Source: Neoechinorhynchus agilis
Taxonomy: Eukaryota > Animalia > Acanthocephala
Assembly (NCBI GenBank): GCA_051530055.1
Contig: CM121341.1
Span: 15,416,784 to 15,480,783 of the forward strand
Direction of reading: 5' to 3'
DNA: 64,000 nucleotides
In this document: piece after piece, positions 35,121 to 48,710 of the stretch
Layout of the letters: every line of letters begins with the position of its first letter
Numbering within the stretch: the stretch's first letter is position 1
Notes under the pieces: model-generated
What the model saw: the letters and a program-made list of their open reading frames with translations, nothing else
Told to the model about the DNA's origin: nothing
Databases searched by the model: none
Position numbers and translations under genes: made by a program

Positions 35121-36559
35121 GGAGAAACAGCTTCTCTGGTGCACTGTGTAAGCAACCGGGAGTTTTCGTGATTGTCATGAATGCGTACATCAATGTAACA
35201 ATTTATAAAACTTAAATGCATTGAAGTGAAATTAATTCTTTTTTACCGATAGGAAAGTGTAACCATGGCAATATATTTGGTATGGATTCGATGTTGCAAA
35301 AAGGTTCGGCACGTAGAAAACAGTGTGCGATTGTGCCTTCGGCTGCCATGAAGAGTATGGGCGATAAAAATATTCGTCTGTATGAGTATTTTCATTTCGT
35401 GCCAAGAAAATCGTTAACAAATGACTTATTGTCAATTCGGTTTTACTATTTTATGGTATAAAGAAAACAGGTACTTGATCTATACAGTTTATAGCAAAAT
35501 CTTCCCCTATGGATTTCGCCGAAAGGCAATTTTTGACCTGATAGTATAACGAAACAATTCGTGCATGAACATTTTAAGTGTCAGATTAAGAGCGAATCGG
35601 TTTCCAACAAAGCAATTTTGGTTTAGTTTAAGCTTTTTATTGTGGCCACAATGCCTTCTATCGAGTGTTTCGTTCGCACCTCCACATTTTCTCAGTTCAT
35701 TTCCAATGTTAAGATGGAAGAGGCAGTGCCGTTTCCTTCGCTATCGATAAAGCTACAATAAAATATGTAATAAAGATGGTACATTTAAGATGAGCTTTAA
35801 GAAATCAGAATGCCAATGATAGTCCATGTCCTTACGTTATCAAATTACACCGATCGTTCTAAAAATTTAAAAACGGCTTACACTTAAAAAGAATGTAATG
35901 AGGGTACATGCTAAAGTGCAACTTTAAATGCTTACATTAATGACGAAGCGCTCGTCATTTCAACTATGAGGTACCATTTAAAATAAGTACTCCTTTGCGG
36001 TCATACGATCGTCAATTATCTAATGGAGCATTTTTGCCCTTTAAAGAATCAAAACATGGAACCTTCTCGAATAACAACGGAAATGGACCATCATTGTCTG
36101 AAGTATTTATAAATAGACATCGTTAATCATTCTTTATCGAAATTCTACTACGTTAACTAGTCGCGTTATATGGCTATCGATGACATTCTCGACTATTCTA
36201 CGTTCGCATTTGGGACTTGAATGCTCCATAATCAACTGCCCTCATGACTCAGTTTGTATATTTCCATCACAAACGTTTACGGGTTTGCACGGGTTCGAGC
36301 AACAGTAGCGTTTAAAAAACCAGGAGATAGACGAGGCTAAGTGTTGGTCGTTGGTTGCGAAGAACCACCGAACGAGAGACAGACGTGTTCTAAACTTTAA
36401 GAGCACTTTAAAGATTTAAATATAACTCCACAATTTGAAATCACAAAGTTTTCGCGGCACACACAGAATTTCCTTTAGCGCGTTATGCATTTGTTTGGAA
36501 ACATGGAGACGTTTTAAGGACCATTTTAGTCACTAAATTCAACGATTTAAATTTAACCA

Positions 36560-36780
36560 GGGAAATTACGACAATCACTAATTAGAAATGATAGTTAGTA
36601 TCTTTGTGTGGCCTGACGGCTCATAATTTTTTCTTTTAGCACAAAGCCCACAGATCTGGGTCAAGGAAGCGCGTAAAATCACTTAATACCCTGAACCATA
36701 CGGTTATGAGTTTGTACATCCCTTCGGATCCTCAGATACCTCCAAGAGGCAAGACTCATCAGTGAGTTTCCTCCCTTTCA
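36560..36780 (-). mobile_element. SINE-like repeat, copy D (5'-truncated, keeps CUGAUGA and NUH strands plus 3' tail)
   Basis: Minus strand GGGAGGAAA-CTCA-CTGATGA-GTCT...GGTAT-C-TGAG-GATCC, then the tail shared with 2518-2595. Confidence 0.75.
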
Positions 36781-37143
36781 TCCTGAACCAGATCGGTAGG
36801 CTGTGTGCACCCGACGAGGTTCGAAACTTCATTAATAAATAATCATTTACCGGGTGTAGACCTGAACAATAATTCCAATCCTTAACATTTCTCGCTTAAG
36901 CAAACAACGATAAAAGGTTGATAATGTCAAAAAAATAAGTACTAGCTACGACTACTTGTCGGTAAACCCGATTTAATACAAAGCAGCTTTTATCTTGCTA
37001 AGCAGGGATGTCGTAATGATTTCAATGCAAGTTTTCTTTTTTAATATTGAAAGGCATCATCACCTAACTCGGCGATCCTTATTTTCACCTTCTCAACGTC
37101 TCCGCTTACTTATTCATTCTTCAGATCCAAATATTTAAGCACA

Positions 37144-38846
37144 ATGGAAAACGTACCGCCATACCACAACATGAGCTGTCCACCATCTTTTAGCGGTCAA
37201 ATGAGCCACAATTCTGAAATGGACTCGTACTCATCGATAATCAGTCACCACTCGAAGGCCCAGCCTCGATCAGTTGAACTAAGGAACGATAGTTGCTTAT
37301 CATGGCCCACCGCTACCAACACAAGCGATGTTCAGTACAACGTTCAATCATTGTATCTTCAACCGAATCAGCAGTCATGTACACTCGCTAGCAATGGAGT
37401 ACTTTGTTCACTTAACACGCTGAATCCAGCGATGAACCAGGGAAAATCACGGGAAAAGGCATTCGGGCTACGCATGTTCAGCACAACTGTTTGCCAACTC
37501 GTGAGATTAAAAGGCACTACAACATACAGTGAAGTCGCCGATGAACTTGTTAGGATCTACTGCGATCCAAAAAATCAGGAGATTTTCCATGGTGTTGATT
37601 TGAAAATACCTGAAAAGGTGGCAGATCATAAGAATATAAGGAGACGCGTCTATGATGCCATAAATGTTTTAATGGCACTTAATGTAATCACGAAACAGCG
37701 AAAGGAAATTCATTGGTTAGGTTTTATTTCAAACGCGGAACATGAGTGTCGCGTACTAATGGAGGATTTGAGTTCTATAAGAACGAGAATTGAGGCGAAA
37801 AGTGAACGGTTGAAGAAAATGATCACAAGGTTCGTGGGTTTTAAGGAGTTATGCGAGCGTAATAGAGATAAGTACGCTAAAATGGAGAGCGGCGTGCTTA
37901 CGGCCAGTCGACTGCCACTAAAATGCCTAGTTCTCGTTATAGAGGTGTTTTATGCAGAAAAATTAATTCAAGAGTTGTTTTCGCTTTTTGTCGACGTTTA
38001 TTTTGATTCTTAGATAGCGCCGTTTGTATCGATTACAATCGGTTCATTTACTTGGCGCCAAAGGAAAAAATACAGTCGAATGGTCCGACAAATTGCAATG
38101 TTTTACCATTGATCATTCGTATCAGCTTAGAACCCGAAGTGATTGTACATTAATCATAAACTTATCAACTTAATAATTTCAAGTGTTTCGAGAATCATCT
38201 TTAGAAATTCACGCGTTTTAGCCCAGAACGCCTCATATATTCTCCTCTATTTGTGTTTGGTTATAAAGATAATCGGGTTCATATCTTCTACTATATTTCT
38301 GACCGATTTCAGTGGCTTTCTTATACTCAAGGTCTACTTTGGTAAAACGTTCTTGTTTTATCACTGGATTGTAACCCAAACTAAAGTTTTTATAATGTTT
38401 TCTTTACACATTTGCAATCATGATTATAGAAGATTTTTTGATTTTTCTTATATAACACCTCCCGTAATGGCTCAGATGTTAGATGTTTCGTGAATCAGTC
38501 TCGTGATCGATACGTCCTTAAGACTGACAAAGCTGCACTTCTTTTGCCGGACACCGCGATTCTTCGAAAACTTGGATTTACTAAAGGACTAACTGATGGA
38601 ACACTAAGCGAAGAAGATATGCGAAGATATCAGAGGCTTGTCCCTCCAATGTTCAAAGATCACATTCCTCTGATTGCTCGAAATGAGTGTCTTAGTCAAG
38701 TCCACCGGATCAGATGGTTCGTCGCTAATGATAAATTTGTGAATCCATCATCTGTTGATGATCCACTAAGGAACCAAAAACGACCAGCTTCTGAATTGCG
38801 AAATTATAATCTAGTAACGATAAAGCGAAAGTTATTGAGAATTTAG
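37144..38846 (+). CDS. TFDP: E2F dimerisation partner (DP) transcription factor; at least two exons (37144-~37920 and ~38480-38846; intron boundaries approximate)
   Basis: GLRMFSTTVCQLVRLKGTTTYSEVADELV and KNIRRRVYDAINVLMALNVITKQRKEIHWLG (DEF box). The downstream DTAILRKLGFTKGLTDGTLSEEDM...LVPP matches the DP C-terminal domain. Confidence 0.92.
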
Positions 38847-38990
38847 CGATAAGTGAACTGAATAACGGTTTCGTTTCAGTGTGTATGAGCACGAGTGTAA
38901 TCGACTTTTGGCACCAAGTTATTAAGCTAAGCTTGTTGAGGTTATCGCATTTAACGACGGCAAATTCAAGGTCGTGCTGCATGGTTTTTA

Positions 38991-39017
38991 TAATAATAAT
39001 AATAATAATAATAATAA
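38991..39017. repeat. (TAA)9 microsatellite
   Basis: Direct read of the sequence. Confidence 0.95.
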
Positions 39018-40289
39018 CACATTTATTTGTTAGTTAACAAAGAAAAGGACCCGTGTATCTTTGGGTCCTCAAGAACACTCGAATTTGCAGAAGAAATTGT
39101 TAGGTTGTGAGGTTGTGAGGTTGGGTCTTTTCCCCGGTTCATGATATTTCAAATTTTGATGTCCAAGCAGATCTTGAACGTTGTTTCGTTTTTGTGGTAG
39201 AATTGTTTTTTGTCGGTTAGTTTATTTTATTTTGGTTGATTAATTTTGTAATTGTTGTTTTCCGCTCTTTCCTCCAAATCAATTCGCATTTGGAGGATTG
39301 AGCAGTGGGGAAGAAAGAGCGGAGGTAGAGATTTGTGCGGGGAGATAAAGGATGGAAAATGTTGGGGCGACGAGTACTGTAAGTGTGAGTAAAAGTAGAA
39401 ATGTTAACTGGACAATCATTAAGAATGATTAGATGTTCAAGGCCAAGAGAGTGAAAACGCGTTCAAATATTCTGTCAATCTTCTATCTCTCACAAAGCCG
39501 CTCAAGATCGATTATCATATATTGAATCTTGGAAGGAATTTAGGTTTACTTATATTGACTACTTTAAGATGAAAAGCAGATAGAAGGTCAAGCGGATTTG
39601 AAAAAAATTGGTTTAATTTCTAAATAGTCATCAAAGTCAAATTCAACGAACAATTTCTTAAGTGACTCACAATTTTAAAGATCTTCTGCAAAACACCGTT
39701 ATGATAATTAATATTTTTGTATTCACGGTAAAAACTCTAGTTATTACATTTAAGTGTGCAAACATCATAAAAAGTATTTGCAATGAAAATCGATTTGTAG
39801 GTTCTCTGAAATCATCGATTTACTTATATAATCCTGATTTCAGATGTCCCCGTCGCTACGTTATGGCAATGTAAAGCTTGACAATTCGATTATCGCGGTT
39901 CAAAAACGAATGCCGATACATCCTCCATCCAATTTAAGCGACAAGGTACACTTGTGTCCACGGGTCGATTTTACAGGCATATCACCCATTTCGACTTACC
40001 GAATCTCGAGATAATATGCAAGATCGAAGCACTATTTGAAAATCACTAGGACTTTTGTTGAGGTCATTAGAAAAATTCAATGGCTTAAAACACAGGTTCT
40101 TGAATTTTATTAATAGTATTTTTCTTTTTTAGACGCAATGATGCCATAATAAAATTTTAATCTTCCAGTAACAGAAATTCAATTTTGTTCCAATCGAGCG
40201 ACCTAAATAAAATATTTACTTTTTTAAAAGCTAGTCGTTTTATTTTGAAGATATAACATAATTATTCGCAGTCCTCGTCCTCAATTGTC

Positions 40290-40950
40290 GCTCGAATGCT
40301 TGCAGTGTTGCCTCTCAACACGGCGATGCTGATATTTTGAACCAGGCATTGTCCTTGCATCACCGGATACCTCAGGAGTTGAAGAGCCTCGCTACCAAGA
40401 GATTCGTAGGTCTCAACCCCAAAAGACACAAACACATGGACCAGGGCTAAATCGAGGTATTTTGCCGTTTCCGCCCTTCCGCAGCGCTCGCTGCACCTCC
40501 AGCCTGATCTACCGAGAACTTGAGATTGCTGGCCGTGAGTTTATCGACACAAGTGGCGTTCCAGAGGAGGCATTTATCCTCCTGCCACGGAAATGCGGTC
40601 ACCCCATCAGGTCTACGCTCGGCGTCCCTACAGAGGTTGGCAGGTTCCAAAATATTACCGCGTAACAAGTGCCCGGCTCAGCACCATGTTAATTTCGGCA
40701 TGTCGTGCGAATCTGTCGACTGATTTTCTACAGATGAGACCATGAAGTCCCGACGAATCCACATTTGCACCGCAGCGGCAACGGTGGGGATGACACATCG
40801 ATAGTCCTAGTCTCATTGAAACTCCGACCTGTACTGCCTCGCTGGAGAGGAGAGTACCCGCAGATGCCAGTGGGATCGCGTTCAATCAAGCACCTGATTC
40901 TCTAGTGGAGACTGCCAACAACCTGGCACGGACAACGTCGTCGCTTGAGC
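40290..40950 (-). mobile_element. CRE-clade 3' fragment (different subfamily)
   Basis: CHPHRCRCGANVDSSGLHGLIC, RFARHAEIN, RRPDGVTAFPW, GGAASAAEGRK. Confidence 0.88.
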
Positions 40951-42546
40951 CTGATAGAAAAAGGCAATGTAAAAGAAGTTAACGCTGATTCCAATGCTGC
41001 AATAACCAAGCCAAATTATCCTCACGAGGGTTTATCGTTCTTAGCAAATTCTAACTTTGATCAAGGGTTCCTAATAAGATGCAGAAATTAAAGAAAAAGA
41101 AGAAATGAATTATAATCAAAGCGATATCACAGACGGTATCAAAGCAAACGTCAAACGATGAAATCGAAAACCTTACGAATGATTGATTTTGTGCATTCGT
41201 GATTTACTGTTTTTTGATTGATAGAGATTCAAAAAATAAAATATTGAAAGCTTTGACGTTACTATTTTCAAAAATATAAGTAGAATAGAAATTTTCAGAT
41301 TGATAAAATTGACTGTTTAGATAATTTTTTGTCGAAATATTCAGCGGCAATTACTAATTATCCTCAAAATCTGAAATAAACTTTGATTATTTGAGATGCT
41401 GAACAAAATGATAACATATTATAACCTGACAGCGAGCTGCGTGTGTTCAAATGCAAAAAAGCTAAGATTCATTCCGTGTTATCATAATCGAAGCACAATC
41501 TCTGGATAATGGCGATCATTCTAAAGTACCTTTAGAAGTTTCGATGGCTTTGGCACAAGAAAAATTAACCGTTAAAGCCCTGCAACGTATTTCCTTCATT
41601 TCGAAGGCATATAATCAAAAAGGAAGATATTAAACTAATTAAAAGGGGCATACCGTTTAAGTATAAAGAGTTCATGTTTAATTTGGCACTTTTTCGGACA
41701 TGAACTCTTTAGCACCACCGCTCTGGATACTGGTAATTAAATATAATTTTAAAATTTATATTGTAAAAACGCACTTGTTTCATTTGATATTGCGGCTTTG
41801 TACCAAAAATTTATATTTGCGATTTAATTCTTCTCATAAATAGAGCAGTTCCTAAAAAATTTAAATTTAAAAATTGCTTCAAAATTCTATTTAAATATTC
41901 TTAGAGCTCCGAGTCTGCTTAGTGGATATCTTTTCGACTTTTATAAGGACTATATATGTATTTTCGTCTGATATTTTAGAGTAACGATCGAATCTGAATG
42001 CCAGCAAACGAATTGAACGTAAATTTTTTTTTGCGGTCGAGGTGTTCAATCCCACAAGCTCGAATGCTTACGTATCATCACCTACAACAATATTTTGAGG
42101 CTTACTATATGCACGACTCAATCCTTCGATTTCTTAAACTTCCTCCGTGTTCGTTGCGATAAACCATTAAGTTTTCACTATTTTGATCTTTAAAAATTAT
42201 TAGAAGCATCGTAAAGTTTAATTGAGCGCGCAATAATTTGAATTTTCGCTTTTCAGCTTTTGCGAACTCAGCGGGTAGACTTTTTATCATTGCGAAATGT
42301 TAAAAGCGCTGCCTTGTTTTGTCAGTTTTGGTAAAATCTATTATTAATCGGGAAAATCTAAACAAGCGTTCTTTTTACGAACAAATGTAGCGCAGATTAT
42401 CGCTGTATCAAATCAATATTTAATTGCAGCCTTTTTACTTTCCGGCATTTATTTCAAATATTTTAAAAAGAACGATTAAATTTCAAATGAATTATTTCTA
42501 GAAAAACAGGTGAAAAGTGCGCCAAAGTCGAGAAGCCCAAGAGAAA

Positions 42547-44267
42547 ATGTCAAATTCAATTCCAAATGTGGACATTGAAGATATCTTGAGGAAGATGTCG
42601 ACAATTAATTTATAATTCACTAGAACAAGTTTATGGCAGACTTGGATGTTTTTGATCAATTCGTCCTTCCGTATAATGTCTTCTATGACTTCGTTCATTG
42701 ATTATTTCACGAATAATGCTGATTATACATGTTGGATCCCGGATAATGTATCGATAAGCGACGCGATTCCAGTTAGTGTAGACGGAAAATTCGAAAAATG
42801 TAAAGTCTTTGAGAATTATACTTCACTGTCAAACAAAACAATACCCTGTCCTAACGGCTACATCCACCAAATTCCCGATGACAGATCGCTGGTATTCACC
42901 TTTGATCTATACTGCGATCGGGAATACTTGAAGGATATTCCACAGTCAGCCTTTTTCATAGGAACAGCAATCGGGGCGGCCGTTTTGTCAATGTTTGGCG
43001 ACAACTTTGGAAAGAAACCATTTGTTCTTCTCGGAGCTTGGCTCAATATCATATGCGGAATCGGCTGTGCGCTTTCAAATACCATCTAAATCAGATGCAT
43101 CCGATCAGCTAAAACCATTATATCTTTCTTATTGATCGGAATCATCTTGATATTTATTTATAGCATTTCGATTTTTATCTGGAATATGCTGGGAGATGTG
43201 TGATCTCTCTTCTTATATTCTCAGCGTTGAAGTCTTTGCAGCTGAATACCGAGGTATCCCGTGCATGATGGCTCATTTCGTTTGGTGTATAGGAATGCAG
43301 ATCTTGGATTTAGTGGCTTATTTTGTTAGAGGATGGCGGAACCTTTATTTGACAGCTTATGTTCCCGCCGTAATCACTTTACTCTATTATTGGATTATGA
43401 GAGAAAGTTTATTTTGGCTAACTCTTCATAAACGACAAGCTTATGTAAATGAAATATTAACAGAAGCATACAAAATGAATTCAACGAAATCACAAGACAA
43501 AATGTTTTGTTCGCTTGACGACGATATTGAACTAATAGCCGATGATTCAGAGGGCCAAACTCGTGTCCCACTGCTCAATCGGATAAAGAAAAACTTAAGA
43601 GCATTGTTTTCGTCAATTTTGTTTCCATACTCACTGTTTTGTGGATGTCTCATAATATCATTGGCTACTTTTTGTTATTTCGGATTTACTCTATCAGCGT
43701 CCGCATTTTCATATAACGTCTACCTCCATTTCTATATCACAGCTATTATTGAAATTCCACAGCTTGTCTTATGTAGTGTCGCAACGAAATTCTTCGGACG
43801 AAAAACTCTAAGTCTTTTCAGTCATCTTCCTCATATCTATAATATTTGCTGCCCTCCCTTCAGGCTATAAAGCAGCCTTGAAGGTCTTCAATCACATCGC
43901 AAAGTTGTCAGCTGTGGCTAATGCTGATATCGTTTGGATGTTCATATCGGAGCTATTTCCAACGAATTACAGACAATTCGGAATTGGACTTGCTGTATTT
44001 TTCGCTGGAATCATAACAGCTTTAAGTCCTTTCTTGAACGATCAACTGACTTCTCAAAGACTGGCAACTATGCTCGCGATTGGAGGATTTGCACTTTTTG
44101 TTGCCACATTGATGATATTTTTACCAGAGACAAAATACCACACGATGGCAGAACTTTCTGATATGAAGGGGCTAGGACAATGTGCAAGAGAAACGTTTAG
44201 TTGGATCCGGAGGAAGCCCAAAGGTGATCAAGTATCGGTGCTTCAGGAAATAACTAATGAAGATTAG
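42547..44267 (+). pseudogene. SLC22 organic cation/anion transporter-like MFS gene, disrupted
   Basis: LVFTFDLYCDREYL, GDNFGKKP, VEVFAAEYR, ESLFWL, SELFPTNYRQFGIG, LPETK. Lesions: in-frame TAA at 42613-42615, a 64-nt insertion at 43087-43150, and a frameshift near 43815. Confidence 0.85.
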
Positions 44268-46019
44268 TGTGAGTGTTTGAGAATTGATATAATGCAGTAA
44301 ACAGGCATTTTTTGAAGGATTGTAGGTAGAAATTAAAATTTGAGCAGCTAAGATATTTTTAAAGAAAGGTTTCCGGTTGTGCATTGCATAGCGATATTTT
44401 CTGCACGAGTACAGTAGTCGATTCGTCCCAAGCGTTCAAGAAAAGGGGTTTTCAACCCTTTGACGACCGTACTTAAGCTGTTCAATCGGTATTTGCGATT
44501 GAATTAATATATAGGACCACATTTCGCAGACTCGGTTATCTTGAACGGAATCTTCAGGTTCCAAGAGTCCAGCGCAATATTGAGCTGCCGATTAATAATT
44601 TCCTTTTACAACTGTATTCGTCTGATTTTGTGCGCTTTTAAAATAGCAATCGACTGAAATCATCTTAAATTAGTTTCTTTGTGTGTCATTCGCTGTGCTC
44701 TTTTGACCCAGGGAAGATGAATAAGCGTTCGGGTACTTCGAACCAATTCTCTGCTCAGTGGGTGAATTCAACGGAAAATACCAGTTCAAAATTAGATAAA
44801 GTCGATGGATATCAACAAGAAACCGATATACGCCGCAAAGGGTTGTTAAAGCTACGATTTTAAATCATTGAAGTTAGCGTAGTCTTACAAAAAATAACGC
44901 GCTTGCCATTTCCAAGCTTAAGAAAAAGAGTGATTTTTGGCGATGTTAAAGAAACCGATAGGAACTGTACCATCATTATGCTTACGACCTCCACCGACGG
45001 CGAGATGGGACGTTGAACGTGGTAATAAAGGTTGTCTCCTTCTTAACGTAATTGCCGGATGTTGTCTCATTTCCTTTAGATATGGATTACTGGACCTCGT
45101 ATGACGAAAGCATTGATTGACCAGTACAAAAATGGTTGCAAACATCACTATCATGAACATAGAATTTACTGCATTCGGTGCAAGGAATTCTATACACCAC
45201 GCCTTCGCTATCAAGGTCGTTATATGCAGCTCCTTTTATCAAATTGTTAATTGCGGTAGACAGCTCATCATCAACGAATGGTGCAGCTATGAAGACCCTT
45301 CGTTTCGGCTCCTAGCACACTGTTTTCCAACCATAGAAGACCCTGAAACTAACTCTTCTTATCACATAGATTCGGTAGCCCTTTTCTTTGAGCATATTCC
45401 CAAGAAACTCAAGCTCATTATTGAGGGAATCTTGGTTCGTGTTTTGCTAATGATCATTTGTTTGATTCCTGTATCGTATGCGTTTGTGAATTATCTATCG
45501 TTGTCGAATTTACTTTATAGTTCAATTACCTAAGTCTTGGTTTGTATGATTTCTGCATAATAGACTGCTGAAGGACTGTTTGCGAAATCGAACTTAATTT
45601 TTTGATATGTTTCTATTTCCTAACCTTCGTTTACGTTATTTTCGTATCGAACACTTTTGGGATTTTCTGACGTTGTCCAATTTTAAATTTCAGTTGTTGT
45701 GGTACTGTAGCGAAACCGAACTTAATTTCTGGTACAAAAATAACATAATCGACTGTTAGGAAATACAAAGATATCAAGAAATTAAGTTGGATTTCGCTAC
45801 AATCCAGCAGGAATCAAGTGCACAATAATCAAAAACATCGGTTATGGAACCGAAATTTTAAGTAAATTCGATGTCTGAAAATCCCAAGTGTTCGCCCCTA
45901 GGTGTGGATTTTATACCTTGATAAAGCACAAGATTGTGCCGAAATATCGGATTGTAAAATAAAATCGTTTTAATTTCTCCGCTAGAAAACGGCCAGTAAA
46001 TAAAGTTATCCTACACGGC

Positions 46020-46245
46020 TGAATTTGGGCTCACGGCCCATTGATTTTAGTCAGCAAAGCGCTGGTCTTACGCTAAGTGCCCATGACCATACAGTAAAGA
46101 GTTTGTGTATCCCTCAGAATCATCAGATACCTCCCTAGGAGACGGGACTCAGCTTGGGTCAAAAGGGTTCGAACCCCTTACCATCGATGACAAGCAACCA
46201 AATGGGTCTGCGGCCACTGAAGGCAATAAACTCACTATCGATGAC
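46020..46245. mobile_element. SINE-like repeat, copy E: two partial halves joined in inverted orientation at ~46152
   Basis: 46020-46152 is the minus-sense 3' half (CTGAGTCCC...GGTATCTGA); 46155-46245 is a plus-sense head (GGTCAAAAGGGTTCGAACCC...CAACCAAA). Confidence 0.6.
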
Positions 46246-46964
46246 GTCTAAAAAAAACTGAAAACAATTTGAAACACTAAAGTTTGAAAAATACTTTTGC
46301 CCAATGAGATAGTCGTGTTGCCGTCTGCAGAGTAAATTTCATTCTGCAGTGAATACCACTTTATTGCTAGGGGTTTTAACACATCAAAATCGTTATAATA
46401 GATGTCATTTGGGCTTAATAAGGATCCGTGTAAAGTTGTATGTTCAATATATTGATTGACGAAATTTTTAGTGACATTATCCGAAACAGCCTATACATTC
46501 CTAAGTTAATGCATATTCGAGAATTTCACGACTTTTTTAACGTTGGACGACAAATTGAGGTCACATGTGCATTAAAGCTAACGATTATCTTAAAGATCAA
46601 CTCGACGATGTTCCCAATCACGACTAGTACCGAGCTCGTAGAAGAAGTCCGGAGTTTGGTTGAACGCTGATAACAAAACAATGAGGATCGACATCGCACT
46701 TAGATTGGTCTCCCCAAAATGTGTCCCACACAAATGCTGATGTCGTTCCAATAATAACAACACTTTTATTTGTTAATTAAAAAGAATAGGACCCACGTAC
46801 CTTTGGGTAATGTTGATGAGTCGGGTGACATGGCCTGGTGTACAAACGCTCGAATGGTAGTTTTGCGAGGTACACAGAGCTCAGCATTATCATTAGCAGG
46901 ACTTTAAGCTCCGTCAGAGCCCCTATGATCGTCGAGCCCGGTCATCTATTTCTCTCATATTGCA

Positions 46965-47160
46965 GGCGACCGGATGGAATGACAATTTTCCCTTTGCGGT
47001 AGAGAAAATGCCCAGTCTATGACACTGCATCATCGATTTGCTGGCAACAAGCGATCAAAATAACGCTAACTCGGTGTCTGGAGGTGCAGCATCCGCGGTG
47101 CAAGAGAAAAAACTAACAAAATACTTCGAATTGGGATATGACTATGATTTCGTGCCATTT
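46965..47160 (+). mobile_element. Decayed CRE-clade endonuclease fragment
   Basis: RPDGMTIFP ... GGAASAVQEKKLTKY ... DFVPF. Confidence 0.65.
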
Positions 47161-47861
47161 CTGAGGCTCCCTTAAACTATGCGAATTAGGGATCGAAAAC
47201 AGGAGGCTGCCGGCATAGGTTTAAAAAGTTATTAAATGAAAATCACGAATAAAACTTATTTTAACAGCAATAGTTTTATGTCACAAAAGGTATAAACTTT
47301 AAATATTTTGATTGCGCCTTACTTTATGTTTAAGTATATTTTTAAGAAAATCTAAAAACCGCTTGTGTTAATTTGTCAAAATGGTCAAAATATATTAATC
47401 TTTCGTTTTTATAAATTTATGATTTGACAATGTCGGATATTTAATTACTTCAGATGAGAGATCAGTCGATAATTAAAGGATTAATCAATGCAGTCTTTAA
47501 TTAAAATAAGTAAATACTTTTACGCAATTGAAAATGATTAAAAATTTACTTTTCAGAACAAAGGATCACTTGTGTAAATAAAGAAACATTAAAGAAAACA
47601 TTTTGTTGCGACTTCTAAATCTGCTTGTATTTACGCACTAAAATTATAGAAATCAATGACTTGTATGTTGCTATGGTCCACGCACTCTGGCCTTTTTATA
47701 GACTGTAAATAGTTTGAAAATGTATATTGAGGTTTATTACTGCATGAAATGACTACAGATATTTAGCTGGACATTTATTTTAAACAAAGCAAATATACAT
47801 TGATTGAAACAAAAGCAGCAGGGTAAATACATTGTTTGAAACTTTCAAAACATTAGCAGCA

Positions 47862-48710
47862 TTAATATCTGCTTCGAAACATCTTCACTATGAATGGATG
47901 TTCAAGTATTTGTTTTGTTGAATATCTGTCATTGGGGAACAAATCAAGACATCGGTGTAAAAGATCAAAGAGATCTTGATCTAAGATGGGTAGAAATGGT
48001 ATGTTGTACATTTGTTGCAACATAAGCGTTTCTTTTCTTACTGTTTGCAACTCTTCTGAAATGAATGATCGTCCATAGACGATTTCGTAGAGAATACTTC
48101 CAAGAGCCCACACATCGGATTTAGTTGAAAATGTTCCAAAAGGCTTAATTCCTAATATTTCGGGGCTCACGTATCTATAAGTACCTCTATAATTTTTAAA
48201 GGTTGGAAATTGTTCCAATGGAAGAGAAAATCCAAAATCGATTAGTTTGACATAGCCGTCTTTTCCAAAAACAAAATTTGAAGGCTTGATGTCTGCGTGG
48301 ATTATCCCTTTGGTGTGAATTTCATCTACAGCCAATACCATAGAATGCCATAAATTCAAATTGATGCAAACACTATTGTGTTTTATTGAATGCGATAAAT
48401 CGTCGTCGGCCAGTTCCATGACCATTGTGAGCTTTTGTTTATTAAGATCAAACTGGTAGTCATATATGCTGACTACTCGAGAATTGTTTCGAAGCAATAG
48501 GTTGTGCTTTATTTCGTTCGTACATTGTTCGAAAAGTGCTTCGTTTAAATCGTTGTCCGTATGATTGTACTCCACGATCTTAACTGCTACTGGAAATCGC
48601 GTAGGCGGAATGTGGCCAAGGTAGACATTATTGAGAGTTCGTCCTCCAAGTTTACGTTCAAGCACATAAATTACATCGTTCACATAAATCGATTCCTCTT
48701 GGCTCAACAT
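47862..48710 (-). CDS. Intronless kinase-domain-only protein, Mps1/TTK-like
   Basis: 282-aa ORF with [20 protein letters not shown] and [16 protein letters not shown]; N-lobe [15 protein letters not shown] resembles Mps1; glycine loop degenerate. Confidence 0.8.
   Translation of the reverse strand: MLSQEESIYVNDVIYVLERKLGGRTLNNVYLGHIPPTRFPVAVKIVEYNHTDNDLNEALFEQCTNEIKHNLLLRNNSRVVSIYDYQFDLNKQKLTMVMELADDDLSHSIKHNSVCINLNLWHSMVLAVDEIHTKGIIHADIKPSNFVFGKDGYVKLIDFGFSLPLEQFPTFKNYRGTYRYVSPEILGIKPFGTFSTKSDVWALGSILYEIVYGRSFISEELQTVRKETLMLQQMYNIPFLPILDQDLFDLLHRCLDLFPNDRYSTKQILEHPFIVKMFRSRY

Noticed and set aside
21300-48710. Functional cell-cycle gene cluster (TRIP13, DP, Mps1-like)
   Set aside because: Genes are far apart, on mixed strands and partly pseudogenised; no shared regulatory signal seen.
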